Shown here: piece after piece, positions 9,428 to 18,037 of the stretch | How the letters are laid out: each line of letters begins with the position of its first letter | Position numbering within the stretch: the stretch's first letter is position 1 | Virus record (IMG/VR): IMGVR_UViG_3300008093_000065 | Location: 1 to 24,480 of that record | Length of the DNA: 24,480 bases | Strand: one strand, 5' to 3' | Source: a virus | Taxonomy: Duplodnaviria; Caudoviricetes | The notes under the pieces: generated by a model | What the model was told of the DNA's origin: nothing | Databases searched by the model: none | The model's input: only the letters and a program-made list of their open reading frames with translations | Made by a program: the position numbers and the translations under genes

Positions 9428-9757
9428 TCAGCAGTTCGGGATCAAGCGAACTTTAGCTTCAGCGGTGCTGGCTGCTGTCGCTTCGACGACGTAGCCGCAC
9501 TTCACGTTGCCGGACGCCGTGCTGGTTACCGTGCCGTCGGCCTTTGCGTACACAGTAGCGCCGAGTTCCAGATTGTCTGCCGGTACTTTTGGCAGGTTGT
9601 AAACGCTTCCGGTATCAATGCTGATGGTGTCGCCAGCTGCACCGGATGACTGGGCAACGCCTACAATTTTACCGTATACAAGCAGGTCGCCTGATTCTGC
9701 GTCCGCTGTCAGTGTGATGGCCAGAAACTGGCCGTCCTGAATTTTGTTCAGTGCCAT
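9428..9757 (-). CDS. DUF2190-family capsid cement/decoration protein
   Basis: N.IQDG, SGDLL..G..VGVA, GSVYNLPK, G.TVY motifs; follows the capsid gene; GGAG RBS. Confidence 0.85.
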   Translation of the reverse strand: MALNKIQDGQFLAITLTADAESGDLLVYGKIVGVAQSSGAAGDTISIDTGSVYNLPKVPADNLELGATVYAKADGTVTSTASGNVKCGYVVEATAASTAEAKVRLIPNC

Positions 9758-9793
9758 GGTGGTTCTCCGTTGGCTTAATTTGTAAGTGGTATT

Positions 9794-9825
9794 AAAAAGC
9801 CGCTGGTTTTACGCAGCGGCTTTTT
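9794..9825. terminator. Intrinsic terminator hairpin, potentially bidirectional, after the major capsid gene
   Basis: AAAAAGCCGCTG-gttttacg-CAGCGGCTTTTT, a perfect inverted repeat with A/T tails. Confidence 0.8.
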
Positions 9826-9852
9826 GGGTTAAGCGGTTAGGTTTTCTGACGA

Positions 9853-11979
9853 TTATGCGCCAGCGTTTTTGTGCAGGCCGCGGAAGTCGGCAGCGGCGGC
9901 GGCAAAGTCGTGGCGCACTTTCAGGATCATGGCGTCAGACTTAAAGTCGATCATGCTGTCGATGTACGCGCCCTCCTGGCCGTCGAGGTAGCCGTACACG
10001 ATGGTATCGATCAGCATCGGGTCAGCGGCGGCGAACCAGCCGGTAACGCCCAGGTTATCCAGCTCGGCTTCTACAACCAGGTTCATGGAGTTGATGAACG
10101 GGTTAACATCGCCGGATTTAGCAGCGGTGATGGCTGCCAGCACCTGTTGCGCTTCCAGCTCACGTTTAGCTGGTACGATCAGGAACTTAGGCGCCAGGTT
10201 CATGGCATCGCCAGTTTCGCCCTTCGGTGCAAAGGTGGTCTGCAGGCGCATCATTTCGCGGGCCTTGGCCAGCGTGTCCACGCTGATGGCGCCCGCAGCA
10301 CCGATGTTTTTATGGTCGCCATGGAACAGGTTTTTACCGGTTTCAGCCAGCGCCTGGCTTTTAGCCAGAATGCTGTAAATGGCCTTAACTTCCGCACGGG
10401 CAGCAGCGGAACCCAGTATCTGAGGTACGCGGCTCAGGGCATCCATGTCGTCGTTGATCAGGGTTTCACGGCTGATGGCGATCAGGCGGCCTTTGGTGGC
10501 GAGCTTGATTTTCTCCGCACTGTCTGCCAGTGCGCCGAATTCGTACTCACCGTTTTCCAGCTTGTCTTTCAGCTCCGGCGAGCTGGACAGCTTGGAGAGC
10601 TGCTTTTCTTTGAAGTTGGTCAGGTTGGTACGGCGACAGAAGCCGGTGAAAGTGCGTTGAACAGCGGTAAAACCGGCGGCCAGTTCATTACTTGCAACGT
10701 CGGCCAGAATGTTCGGCAGATCACTGGTGCTGATAGCCATTTGCGCAATCTGGTCGTGAGACAGGCCGTTGGTAGATACGCCGCCGTATTGCAGGGCCAT
10801 ACGCGACATTTCAATTAGGGTCATGCCTGCAAAGTCATTTGCTACACGGTCACCGGTGCCAGCGCGGGCACGCATGGCAGCGGCCATATCGGTACGCAGT
10901 TGCGCGTTGCCGCCATTGGACACGCGCACGCGGCCTGATGGCACAGTGCCTTTGTCGCGCTCGGCCACGGCGGCCAGCGCTTCGGCGCGGGCGGTGGCGA
11001 TATCGGTGCCGTTGTCGATCCAGTCGTTCAGTGCGCTGTCGGTCAATTTTGCTTGTGCAGCAATGCCGCGCAGCTCTTTTACGCGAACGCGCTCGGCGGA
11101 GATTGCTGCCTGAGCGTCTGCACCTGGCACGGGCGTCGCTGGCGCTGCCGGGGCGGCTGGGTCTTGTGGTGCTGGATTCGGTGCACCTGCCGGGGCTTGC
11201 ATTTTCATGGGGTCTTCCTCGTCGGAGTTGTCTGCTGCAGGTGCAGCATCGGGTGGTAAATCAGATTCTGTGTTTGGCTCTGGCACCGGTTCCGTAACCT
11301 CTGGCAGCTGCATCAGAGCAGCGGCTCCGGCCGGCATTGTGGTTGCGTCGAAGTCGTGGTGAGCCACGGCGGTTACTTCGCCGATGATTTCTGTAGCCAT
11401 GCCGTTTGCCAGACAGTCGGCGGCGGTGAGCCAGGCTTCTGCTTTCATCAGCGCTTTCCATTCGTCGGCACTGAGGTTTGTGCGGCTTGCGTAAATGTCG
11501 GCCACTTCACTGGTCCACATTTCCAGATCGTCAGCTGCTTTTCGCAGGTCGTCGGCGTTGCCTTCGACGTAATCCCATGCCTGATGTACAAATTGATAGG
11601 AATTTTTTGGCATACGGCGCACGTCACCCGCCAGTGCGACTACGGTGGCGATGCTGGCGGCAATGCCATCGATTGTTACTTCAACCGGCTTGCCGCAGTT
11701 GCGCAGTGCGTTGTAAATGGCCAGACCCTCTACAACAGAACCGCCATTGCTATGAATACGCACCTTTACCGCGGGGCCGCTTACCAGTGTTAATTGCTGG
11801 ATAACGCTGGCGGCGTCGAGTTCGTCCCACCAGTCGCCAATGATTCCGTAAATCATCAGGGTGCCGTCGGCAGCGATGTAGTTTTTCGCGGTAGTGCCGC
11901 GCACGGGTGCTTCCATACGGGCGTTACTGGTATCGGTAAAGGCCATGGCGACAGCCCGCGAAAGGTAGGTTTTATTCAT
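9853..11979 (-). CDS. ClpP-like prohead protease / scaffold / major capsid fusion protein
   Basis: N-terminal ClpP motifs (IHSNGGSV.EG.AIYN, IDGIAASIA, FVHQAW, EAWLTA), a Pro/Ala-rich linker, then a capsid domain (STSDLPNIL, ENGEY, ISRETLINDD, KVRHDFAA). Confidence 0.93.
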   Translation of the reverse strand: MNKTYLSRAVAMAFTDTSNARMEAPVRGTTAKNYIAADGTLMIYGIIGDWWDELDAASVIQQLTLVSGPAVKVRIHSNGGSVVEGLAIYNALRNCGKPVEVTIDGIAASIATVVALAGDVRRMPKNSYQFVHQAWDYVEGNADDLRKAADDLEMWTSEVADIYASRTNLSADEWKALMKAEAWLTAADCLANGMATEIIGEVTAVAHHDFDATTMPAGAAALMQLPEVTEPVPEPNTESDLPPDAAPAADNSDEEDPMKMQAPAGAPNPAPQDPAAPAAPATPVPGADAQAAISAERVRVKELRGIAAQAKLTDSALNDWIDNGTDIATARAEALAAVAERDKGTVPSGRVRVSNGGNAQLRTDMAAAMRARAGTGDRVANDFAGMTLIEMSRMALQYGGVSTNGLSHDQIAQMAISTSDLPNILADVASNELAAGFTAVQRTFTGFCRRTNLTNFKEKQLSKLSSSPELKDKLENGEYEFGALADSAEKIKLATKGRLIAISRETLINDDMDALSRVPQILGSAAARAEVKAIYSILAKSQALAETGKNLFHGDHKNIGAAGAISVDTLAKAREMMRLQTTFAPKGETGDAMNLAPKFLIVPAKRELEAQQVLAAITAAKSGDVNPFINSMNLVVEAELDNLGVTGWFAAADPMLIDTIVYGYLDGQEGAYIDSMIDFKSDAMILKVRHDFAAAAADFRGLHKNAGA

Positions 11980-13489
11980 CGGTCATTCCTGTTTTGTTTG
12001 CGGCTTCGCCTTGGGTGGTTGCCTCTGGATTAATGTTGCCCGCGCCGGAAACTTTGCGCGGATCGGTATCGAGGGTAATGCCGAATTGATCGAGCCATGT
12101 GTTCCACTCGCTGATTTGCAGCAGTTGCTGTTCTGGGTTTTCGCCGAGCTCGGCCAGCGCATCCTGCATGGACTTCAGGCCGGCACGGATCAGCGCAATC
12201 ATCGGCGGCACTTCGCGCGTCGGGTCGAACATTTCACGCGGCGGTTCAATCCATTTGCAGCGCATGGCATCCAGCGGGTTGCCGGCCAGCGCCTGCACTT
12301 CGGAGTACCATTGCCACACGCGCTGGCACAGATGCGGAATTAAAATGCGCTGACGGTGGTTGCCGATTTTGCGGTGCATGCCGTTAAAGCCGAGGCGGCC
12401 ACTGCTGAAGTTAACGCCGGTTAAATCGCCGGTTAGCTCTTCGTAGGTGATTCCGAAATCGGACGCAATGGTGCGCAGCTCTTCGCGCACAAAGTCGCTC
12501 TGCCCGTTCACATTCGGCGGGGTGTTGAAGTTCATTTCCTGATTGCTGCCGAGGCGTAAAATCAGGCCCGGTTCAGCGCGATCTGGGAGCGGATCTCCGG
12601 TTGCATTGCCAACGCCACCCATGGTTTTAACTGCGCCGACCATGCAGCTGGCGATTTTCATCAGCTCAAGGCGTGCATCTTGAAAGCTATCGAGGTTGCG
12701 AAGGCGGTTAAAGCTGGCCATGCCCCACGGCAAACCACGGTTCTGGCCGGGCTCGCGGCAGTCGAACAGGTGAATAACGCCTTCGGCATCATGGCGAACC
12801 GATGTGTTTTTATGGCGACTGAAAAACCCGCCCACTTCAGATGGGTGATTCGGGAATAACCAGTAGGCCACCACGGCGTCGTTGTCGTCGTATTCAACGC
12901 CCTGTATTACACGGCGGCCGTCGAAAACACCGTCTTTCATGTGGTCGAGATAATCGCCACTCAGTACTTTCAGCTGCAGCTGCACGCCGCTGATCGGTTC
13001 GAGCGTGCGCTTGCGTACGATTAAACATTCTCCGCTTTTTACCAGTTCCAACATGGTCTGAAACTGAATGCCGTACAGGTTGTGCTGGCCGTCCACATCG
13101 AGGTGAATGGATTCAGCCCAGGTATTAAACACACGCTGCGCAGCCTGCTGGCGTTTTGGTGCGCTGCGTCCAATGGTTTCAAGACGCGGGCGAATACCAG
13201 ACGACACTGTGTTGTAGGCAATGGCGTCGCAGGCGGCTTTGTGAATACTGTTGTTGCGGTAAAAGTCGCGGGCAATACGGCGGGCTTTTACCAGTTCTGA
13301 GCGGGTGATATTGCGCGCGGAGTTATCGCGTACATTCTGCGCACCACGGCGGCCAGCGCTGGTGCCTTCGTAGTAGCTGTTTTGCGCCCCCATTTTCTTC
13401 AGCTGTGCCAGCGCCTGGCGGCTGGCTTCACGCTCTACGCCGGCTGAAGGTGATAGCAGGTTGATCATGCTGTCGAGAATATTGGCCAT
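11972..13489 (-). CDS. Portal protein, lambda gpB family
   Basis: ARDFYRNN, QGVEYD, VIHLFD.REPGQ.RG, GITYEELTGDL..VNFSSGR, DPTRE motifs. Confidence 0.95.
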   Translation of the reverse strand: MANILDSMINLLSPSAGVEREASRQALAQLKKMGAQNSYYEGTSAGRRGAQNVRDNSARNITRSELVKARRIARDFYRNNSIHKAACDAIAYNTVSSGIRPRLETIGRSAPKRQQAAQRVFNTWAESIHLDVDGQHNLYGIQFQTMLELVKSGECLIVRKRTLEPISGVQLQLKVLSGDYLDHMKDGVFDGRRVIQGVEYDDNDAVVAYWLFPNHPSEVGGFFSRHKNTSVRHDAEGVIHLFDCREPGQNRGLPWGMASFNRLRNLDSFQDARLELMKIASCMVGAVKTMGGVGNATGDPLPDRAEPGLILRLGSNQEMNFNTPPNVNGQSDFVREELRTIASDFGITYEELTGDLTGVNFSSGRLGFNGMHRKIGNHRQRILIPHLCQRVWQWYSEVQALAGNPLDAMRCKWIEPPREMFDPTREVPPMIALIRAGLKSMQDALAELGENPEQQLLQISEWNTWLDQFGITLDTDPRKVSGAGNINPEATTQGEAANKTGMTDE

Positions 13490-13493
13490 AAAA

Positions 13494-13709
13494 TCAGCGA
13501 TAGCCTTTGCTGTGACTCATGAATGCAGGGGTATTGTTTTGGGTTGTGCTGCTGGGCAAGCCCAGTTCGGCACGGATTAAATTGCGCAGCGAGATCATTT
13601 CGTTAAGCGAGCGGTATTTCGTTGTTTGGCCATCGTATGTAAATTCGGTAACGCCAGCGGCGATGGCTTTTTCCAGCGCCTGCAGTTGCGTGGTTGTGAA
13701 GTTACTCAT
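13494..13709 (-). CDS. Head completion protein gpW-like
   Basis: 71 aa; LEKAIAAG..EFTYDG....YRSL.E; between terminase and portal. Confidence 0.85.
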   Translation of the reverse strand: MSNFTTTQLQALEKAIAAGVTEFTYDGQTTKYRSLNEMISLRNLIRAELGLPSSTTQNNTPAFMSHSKGYR

Positions 13710-15676
13710 TAGCGGTTCCAGTAGTCCGATTTGCGCCGCTCTTGTTGCGGGGCGCTGTTGCTATTCGTCGGCGTGATGCCATTTGTTAAGTCGAGGCCTA
13801 AATACTGCTGCGCGAATTTAACCGCAGCAGTGGCGTAGCGGCGGCAGTCGTGCGCTTCGTTACGCTTACCCTTCGGGCATTCCCAGCGCCAGGTTTCACG
13901 GCCACCAACGTAATGCAATTTCCTCTCTTCGGCGGTGAGCATGTTGAAGTATTCGGCGGTGTGGTATTCCGAATATGGCCAGTGACAGAAGCCGGGTGTG
14001 TCGGGCTCGCTGATCTCGAACCGGTTGGCCATTAAATCGCTGGTGTTGTTGGTTCCAACGATGGCGAGATAGCTGCCGTGGTCGGTTACTTTTTTGCTGC
14101 TGAAGCTGACAATCGGCCGGTTCGGTCCACCATCCCCTTTAACCGGTATCCACCAAGCCGGATCGACGGCGGCGGCATGTCGGTATACGTCGTCGGTAAA
14201 TCCGCCGCCGGAGTCATGGAACACCAGGTTGATGCCCATTTGCATGCCGTCTTCACGCTGCCAGTTGCGGCGCATGTATTGTGCAAGCTGATCCCAGATG
14301 CTTTGTTCTGCAAGGTTCCCCAGCAGCTCTCGATATTCGATAGACCAGCTTTGTTCGCCTTTACCCCAGCCGACTATTTCCCACGCAAAGCGGTTGCCCT
14401 GTGTATCCACCCCGGCGGTGATGTACAGCACATCACGCGGCAGTAATAACGTGGCGTTGTCGCTGGCTTTCGGGTAGTGCTCGCGGCGGTGCTTATAGAG
14501 TTGAGTGCCGTCGATCTTGCGGGCCACATCGTCGTGCCAATATTCGCCCAGTGTTGTATTCACAAAGCCCTGAAATGTCAGGCGGTCGGGTTTTGCGTCG
14601 AGATATTCCCCGACAATTTCCGACCATGGCGTGGTGGGCGAATAAGCAGCCCACACGATGAAGCACACATGGCGCGGTGTTTTTACTTCGCGGCCTGTTT
14701 CGTGATCGAAATAGTGAATGCCATCGTATGTTGCTACGCCGTTTTCATCATCAAGCCAGAGCGGATCGGCTTCGCTTATAACGTCGATAAATTCGTGGTA
14801 ACCGAATTCGCAGGCGCAGTGTTCGCAGAGATAGCGGGCACTGTCGGCAGTGTCTGTTTTGCTTGGGTGTTTATCCCATTTAATACCGTACGAAAGACCG
14901 GGTCCGCCCCACTTTAAGTACTGCAGCTTTTGGCAATGTGGGCATGGAACCCAACACCGAAGCCGGACATCGGCGGCGTGTTCGCGGCGCTCAATATGAC
15001 TCAGTGTTGAGGTTGTCGGTGTTGTCCCAAGGATTACTTTCGGAAAGCTGGAGCCTTTTGTTCGCTTGAACATCAGCGTGATCGGGTCACCCTCTTTTGA
15101 GGATTTGCCAGATACGTTTTGCACAAAGCCGTCGATTTCATCGCCGATAACAACGTCTTTCGACAGGGCGCGATAACCGCCGGCAGCCTGACCGCCGCGG
15201 ATATGCAGCGAACAGCCCAGCAGCTTTTTATAATCGACTTTGTTGTTCTCCGACTTTTTGTGCCAGTCAGGGAATATTTCTTTAATCGCTGAGCAGTCGC
15301 GGATGGCCGGGTCTAGCTCAGTGTTCACAAATTCTGCTGCTGCTGAGTCATCCTCTCGCCACAAGCCGATATTTCGGCGCTTGTGTTCGGCCAAGTACAG
15401 AGTGGCCGCCAATAGCATTTTGGTGTAACCGATACGCGCAGATTTGCGGAAATCCACTTCGCGAATATCGTCGTTGCCCATCGCGTTCAGAATGGCTTTC
15501 TGAACGGGCTGTGTTGTCCAGGGCCCTTCTACATAAGATGATTCTGGCGACAGATAAAAATGTTTATCTGCCCACTCAACTGCCGTCTGCGGACGTTGAA
15601 CCCTCAGAGATTCCATTCCCCGCCGAATCGCCATCAGGATCGACTGGGCTGTATCCGGTGAGATCTGGTTTAACAT
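13709..15676 (-). CDS. Terminase large subunit, lambda gpA family
   Basis: EWADKHFYL..ESS, KSARIGYTK (Walker A), VIGDEID (Walker B), GTTPT, CPHC/CEHC, TAGVDTQ, RNEAHDC. Confidence 0.96.
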   Translation of the reverse strand: MLNQISPDTAQSILMAIRRGMESLRVQRPQTAVEWADKHFYLSPESSYVEGPWTTQPVQKAILNAMGNDDIREVDFRKSARIGYTKMLLAATLYLAEHKRRNIGLWREDDSAAAEFVNTELDPAIRDCSAIKEIFPDWHKKSENNKVDYKKLLGCSLHIRGGQAAGGYRALSKDVVIGDEIDGFVQNVSGKSSKEGDPITLMFKRTKGSSFPKVILGTTPTTSTLSHIERREHAADVRLRCWVPCPHCQKLQYLKWGGPGLSYGIKWDKHPSKTDTADSARYLCEHCACEFGYHEFIDVISEADPLWLDDENGVATYDGIHYFDHETGREVKTPRHVCFIVWAAYSPTTPWSEIVGEYLDAKPDRLTFQGFVNTTLGEYWHDDVARKIDGTQLYKHRREHYPKASDNATLLLPRDVLYITAGVDTQGNRFAWEIVGWGKGEQSWSIEYRELLGNLAEQSIWDQLAQYMRRNWQREDGMQMGINLVFHDSGGGFTDDVYRHAAAVDPAWWIPVKGDGGPNRPIVSFSSKKVTDHGSYLAIVGTNNTSDLMANRFEISEPDTPGFCHWPYSEYHTAEYFNMLTAEERKLHYVGGRETWRWECPKGKRNEAHDCRRYATAAVKFAQQYLGLDLTNGITPTNSNSAPQQERRKSDYWNR

Positions 15677-16160
15677 CGATGAGTTGGTTACACATATTCG
15701 CGATGGTTTTCTGGATCAGCTCAATGCTACGACTCGTCAGCATCGGGGCGGCCAGCTTTATCTGCATTGGCAGTGCCCGTAACTGGGCGCTAACCATCTC
15801 CATCTGCTTGCCGACAACATCGGTGATGATGTCGACCGGTGCGTTTTCGCGGCGCAGGATTTTCAGCCGCTCTTTTTTCAGATCGGCATCGTATTTTTTC
15901 CGGCGGGCTTCTTCTCGCTCGGCATCGATAAAGCCTTCGTCGTCATCGCCGCCGTAGTCGTCTGGATCGCGTGGGGGTTCCGGTGCGGAGGTCTGGCCAC
16001 TGCCAATCCCCCTAAGATATGTGATGTATGCCAATCGGCAGGCATCGAGATCATAACCGCCCCGCCCCTTCGAGCCAGGCAGGATGCCATCTTTTGTCAA
16101 ATCACGAACACGGCGCTCTGACAGATCAAGGTGTTCAGCAACATCTGCTTGAGTTGGCAT
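15576..16160 (-). CDS. Terminase small subunit, Nu1-like
   Basis: N-terminal winged HTH (TQADVAEHLDLSERRVRDL...GGYDL..C..AYI.YLR) followed by a coiled coil. Confidence 0.9.
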   Translation of the reverse strand: MPTQADVAEHLDLSERRVRDLTKDGILPGSKGRGGYDLDACRLAYITYLRGIGSGQTSAPEPPRDPDDYGGDDDEGFIDAEREEARRKKYDADLKKERLKILRRENAPVDIITDVVGKQMEMVSAQLRALPMQIKLAAPMLTSRSIELIQKTIANMCNQLIDVKPDLTGYSPVDPDGDSAGNGISEGSTSADGS

Positions 16161-16180
16161 TTTTCACACCCGAAAACTAC

Positions 16181-16275
16181 AACCGGAACCGGAACCGGCT
16201 ACTCGAAAAAATTCCTTAAACAGACAAAAGCCGCGCGGCTTATACCCGCAATGGGACACCCCCTTGGAAGGACCC
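16181..16275 (-). other. Putative cos packaging site (cosQ-like, cosN-like, and a downstream AACCGG x3 repeat)
   Basis: Minus strand GGGTCCT (16275-16269), 17 bp, then TTGCG-GGTATAAGCCG-CGCGG-CTTTT. This parallels lambda cosQ GGGTCCT and cosN TTACG-GGGCGGCGACCT-CGCGG-GTTTT, and lies just upstream of the small terminase. Confidence 0.7.
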
Positions 16276-16310
16276 ACATAGGGGGTGGGTGGCCATGACA
16301 TAGGTCGAGA

Positions 16311-16496
16311 CTATCGGCACCGCTCCACCTGCTCAAAGTAAAGCAGCAGGTCGCGCTGGTGTTCAGTCTCCAGCACCACCACTCCGTTCGGCTGGATTGG
16401 TGGCAACCTTGGAACAATCGGTGGGCAGTTGCTGCGGTTCGATTGCATCAGGCTGCACCCGACCAAAGCGATTAGCCCAAGCACTACCAGGATCAT
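16311..16496 (-). CDS. Outer-membrane lipoprotein, o-spanin (Rz1)-like
   Basis: Hydrophobic signal with lipobox LVG-C, Pro-rich mature part, overlaps the upstream gene in another frame. Start at 16496 preferred; 16520 is an alternative. Confidence 0.65.
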   Translation of the reverse strand: MILVVLGLIALVGCSLMQSNRSNCPPIVPRLPPIQPNGVVVLETEHQRDLLLYFEQVERCR

Positions 16497-16602
16497 CCTG
16501 AACTCGCTGTGCCTTATCATTGCGACGGCGCTCCATTTCGCGCTGCACGGCCTGCAAAGCTAGCCGGAGCAGCGTCAAAATAACTCCCAGCCCCTTCCCC
16601 AT
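16363..16602 (-). CDS. Small putative i-spanin (Rz)-like lysis protein
   Basis: N-terminal hydrophobic/amphipathic helix, then a charged helix; overlaps the lipoprotein gene as Rz/Rz1 do. Confidence 0.5.
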   Translation of the reverse strand: MGKGLGVILTLLRLALQAVQREMERRRNDKAQRVQDDPGSAWANRFGRVQPDAIEPQQLPTDCSKVATNPAERSGGAGD

Positions 16603-16607
16603 TAGCC

Positions 16608-17048
16608 CTATTTCAACCGGATATCAGAGAAAGGCTTTTGCTTAACTTTGTGCTTAAAGATAACACCAGCCAAGGGCTCAAGCAGGTAACGGTATAACTT
16701 TCCGTATGCAGTATTGTCATCCGGAGTGTCTGTAAAATTGATGTATGCGGTTGCTAAAAAGTGCGCGACAACAACGCCAACCAATAGCCAGTCAACCCAC
16801 GTGAACGACCCATTAATCAACTGACTAATAAGCAATTCAAGCAGCGACGTAAACACATCAGAGTCCGGCATTGTCGTTACGTCAGCAGCAGCCATACCAC
16901 TACCAAACAGAAGCACAATAAAAACACCCGCATGCTTACGAACCTCGCGAACCAGGGCGGTGGCGAGACTCACTAACTCAATGCCGGCGACATAAATAAC
17001 CGACAGCGTACAAACCAGAACTATTGCGAGCAGAATAATCAAAGGCAT
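16608..17048 (-). CDS. Multi-pass membrane protein, putative holin
   Basis: ATG overlaps the endolysin stop (TAATG); about 3 hydrophobic segments; TDTPDDN..GKLY..LE.LAG motif; basic C-terminal tail. Confidence 0.6.
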   Translation of the reverse strand: MPLIILLAIVLVCTLSVIYVAGIELVSLATALVREVRKHAGVFIVLLFGSGMAAADVTTMPDSDVFTSLLELLISQLINGSFTWVDWLLVGVVVAHFLATAYINFTDTPDDNTAYGKLYRYLLEPLAGVIFKHKVKQKPFSDIRLK

Positions 17049-17437
17049 TATGGGTAACTCCAAAAGTGTGGGCGCGGACGCCATGGTGCTTCCGGTGCAT
17101 CATCCAGATGAACGATGCGCTTTTTGTACTCGCCGTACTGACGAACGCCAATACCGGTAAAACCGTGCTTATTGGCGAGTGCTATTAAGCGGGTAACATC
17201 AGCACCTGATATCTGCACATCAACAGCACAGCCCATTGCGTGTGTACCAGGCTGAGACTTTGCAATCTCAATCGAATGCTTTGGGCTACGATAGCCAGAG
17301 CTGATCACCATTGGCTTTGCAAAGTCATCACGCAGCCGCTGCAGTCGATCCATAAAACTGGGAAGAATCGCCAACTCCCCGGTTTCTTTGCAGCGCATCT
17401 CGTGTTGCGGAAAGTTTTTCCAAGGCCAATCAGTCAT
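17048..17437 (-). CDS. Endolysin, peptidase M15A family (Zn peptidase)
   Basis: KNF...E..C, ISSGYRS..H, H..G.AVD, GFTGIG, VHLD motifs. Confidence 0.92.
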   Translation of the reverse strand: MTDWPWKNFPQHEMRCKETGELAILPSFMDRLQRLRDDFAKPMVISSGYRSPKHSIEIAKSQPGTHAMGCAVDVQISGADVTRLIALANKHGFTGIGVRQYGEYKKRIVHLDDAPEAPWRPRPHFWSYP

Positions 17438-17667
17438 TCTGAAACTCTCTTCTGGCGGTCCTGCAGAACAGCCAAATCACGTTCGTGCCGATTGATCAGC
17501 TTTGCATGCTCGTCAATGCGGGTCTGGTGGCGGATGTGCTGCTCATCGTGAACATCAAGTCGCGTGCTGATTTGCCCAATCATTTTCGAAAAGGCAATAA
17601 CCTGCACAGCCACGGTAATGAACAGCGTCAAGGCTGATACGACGAGTGAAGGATCAATTTCAGGCAT
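17434..17667 (-). CDS. Single-TM plus coiled-coil lysis-cassette protein (holin/antiholin-like)
   Basis: One N-terminal hydrophobic helix, then a heptad-like His/Arg-rich tail; first gene after the terminator; ATGA overlap with the endolysin. Confidence 0.55.
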   Translation of the reverse strand: MPEIDPSLVVSALTLFITVAVQVIAFSKMIGQISTRLDVHDEQHIRHQTRIDEHAKLINRHERDLAVLQDRQKRVSE

Positions 17668-17731
17668 AGGAATAAGGTGCCCGGCATGGACGGTGCCGGG
17701 GCTTTTCTCGGGTCAGGACGGGACCAGAAAC

Positions 17732-17760
17732 AAAAAAGCCCCGGTGAGAACCGAGGCTTT
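17732..17760 (-). terminator. Intrinsic terminator, tR'-like, upstream of the lysis genes
   Basis: Minus strand AAAGCCTCGGT-TCTC-ACCGGGGCTTTTTT: GC stem with one G-U pair and a U6 tail. Confidence 0.8.
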
Positions 17761-17793
17761 AAATGTGTTTAGGCGTTATTTCGCCAGCATGGA

Positions 17794-17824
17794 AATTTAG
17801 CCATAAAAGCGCGTCACGAGTCAA
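17794..17824 (-). promoter_or_regulatory. Putative late promoter, pR'-like
   Basis: TTGACT-19 bp-TAAATT. The hexamers match lambda pR' but the spacer is longer than optimal. It lies just upstream of the terminator. Confidence 0.4.
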
Positions 17825-17851
17825 CCCCGCTTTTGCATTCAGGCGTTTTTG

Positions 17852-18037
17852 CTATCGTGTTGGCTCCGCCATCTTGATCCGGAATAACTCCCATAGCCCA
17901 GGGTGCATGCGCCTATCCCCTGCTTCCCACTGCTGCCATGTGCGCAACTTACTATGAACCAGCTCGGCAGCGGCAGTCTGGCTCAATCCGGCAGCTTCTC
18001 TGGCGGCGCGAACCTCACGCGGCATTGGGCTGGTCAT
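17852..18037 (-). CDS. Small XRE/HTH repressor, anti-CRISPR-associated (Aca-like)
   Basis: 61 aa, VRAAREAAGLSQTAAAELV....RTWQQWEAG; ATGA-coupled to the AcrIF11-like gene. Confidence 0.8.
   Translation of the reverse strand: MTSPMPREVRAAREAAGLSQTAAAELVHSKLRTWQQWEAGDRRMHPGLWELFRIKMAEPTR

Noticed and set aside
9871-10818. 315-aa plus-strand ORF, and other long plus-strand ORFs such as 7856-8602, 8574-9098 and 22451-22981
   Set aside because: They are antisense shadows of well-supported minus-strand genes, with no recognisable motifs or RBS.
15576-15676. 101-nt overlap of the terminase genes as a novelty
   Set aside because: Overlap of small and large terminase genes is usual in lambda-like phages, and the exact large-subunit start is uncertain.
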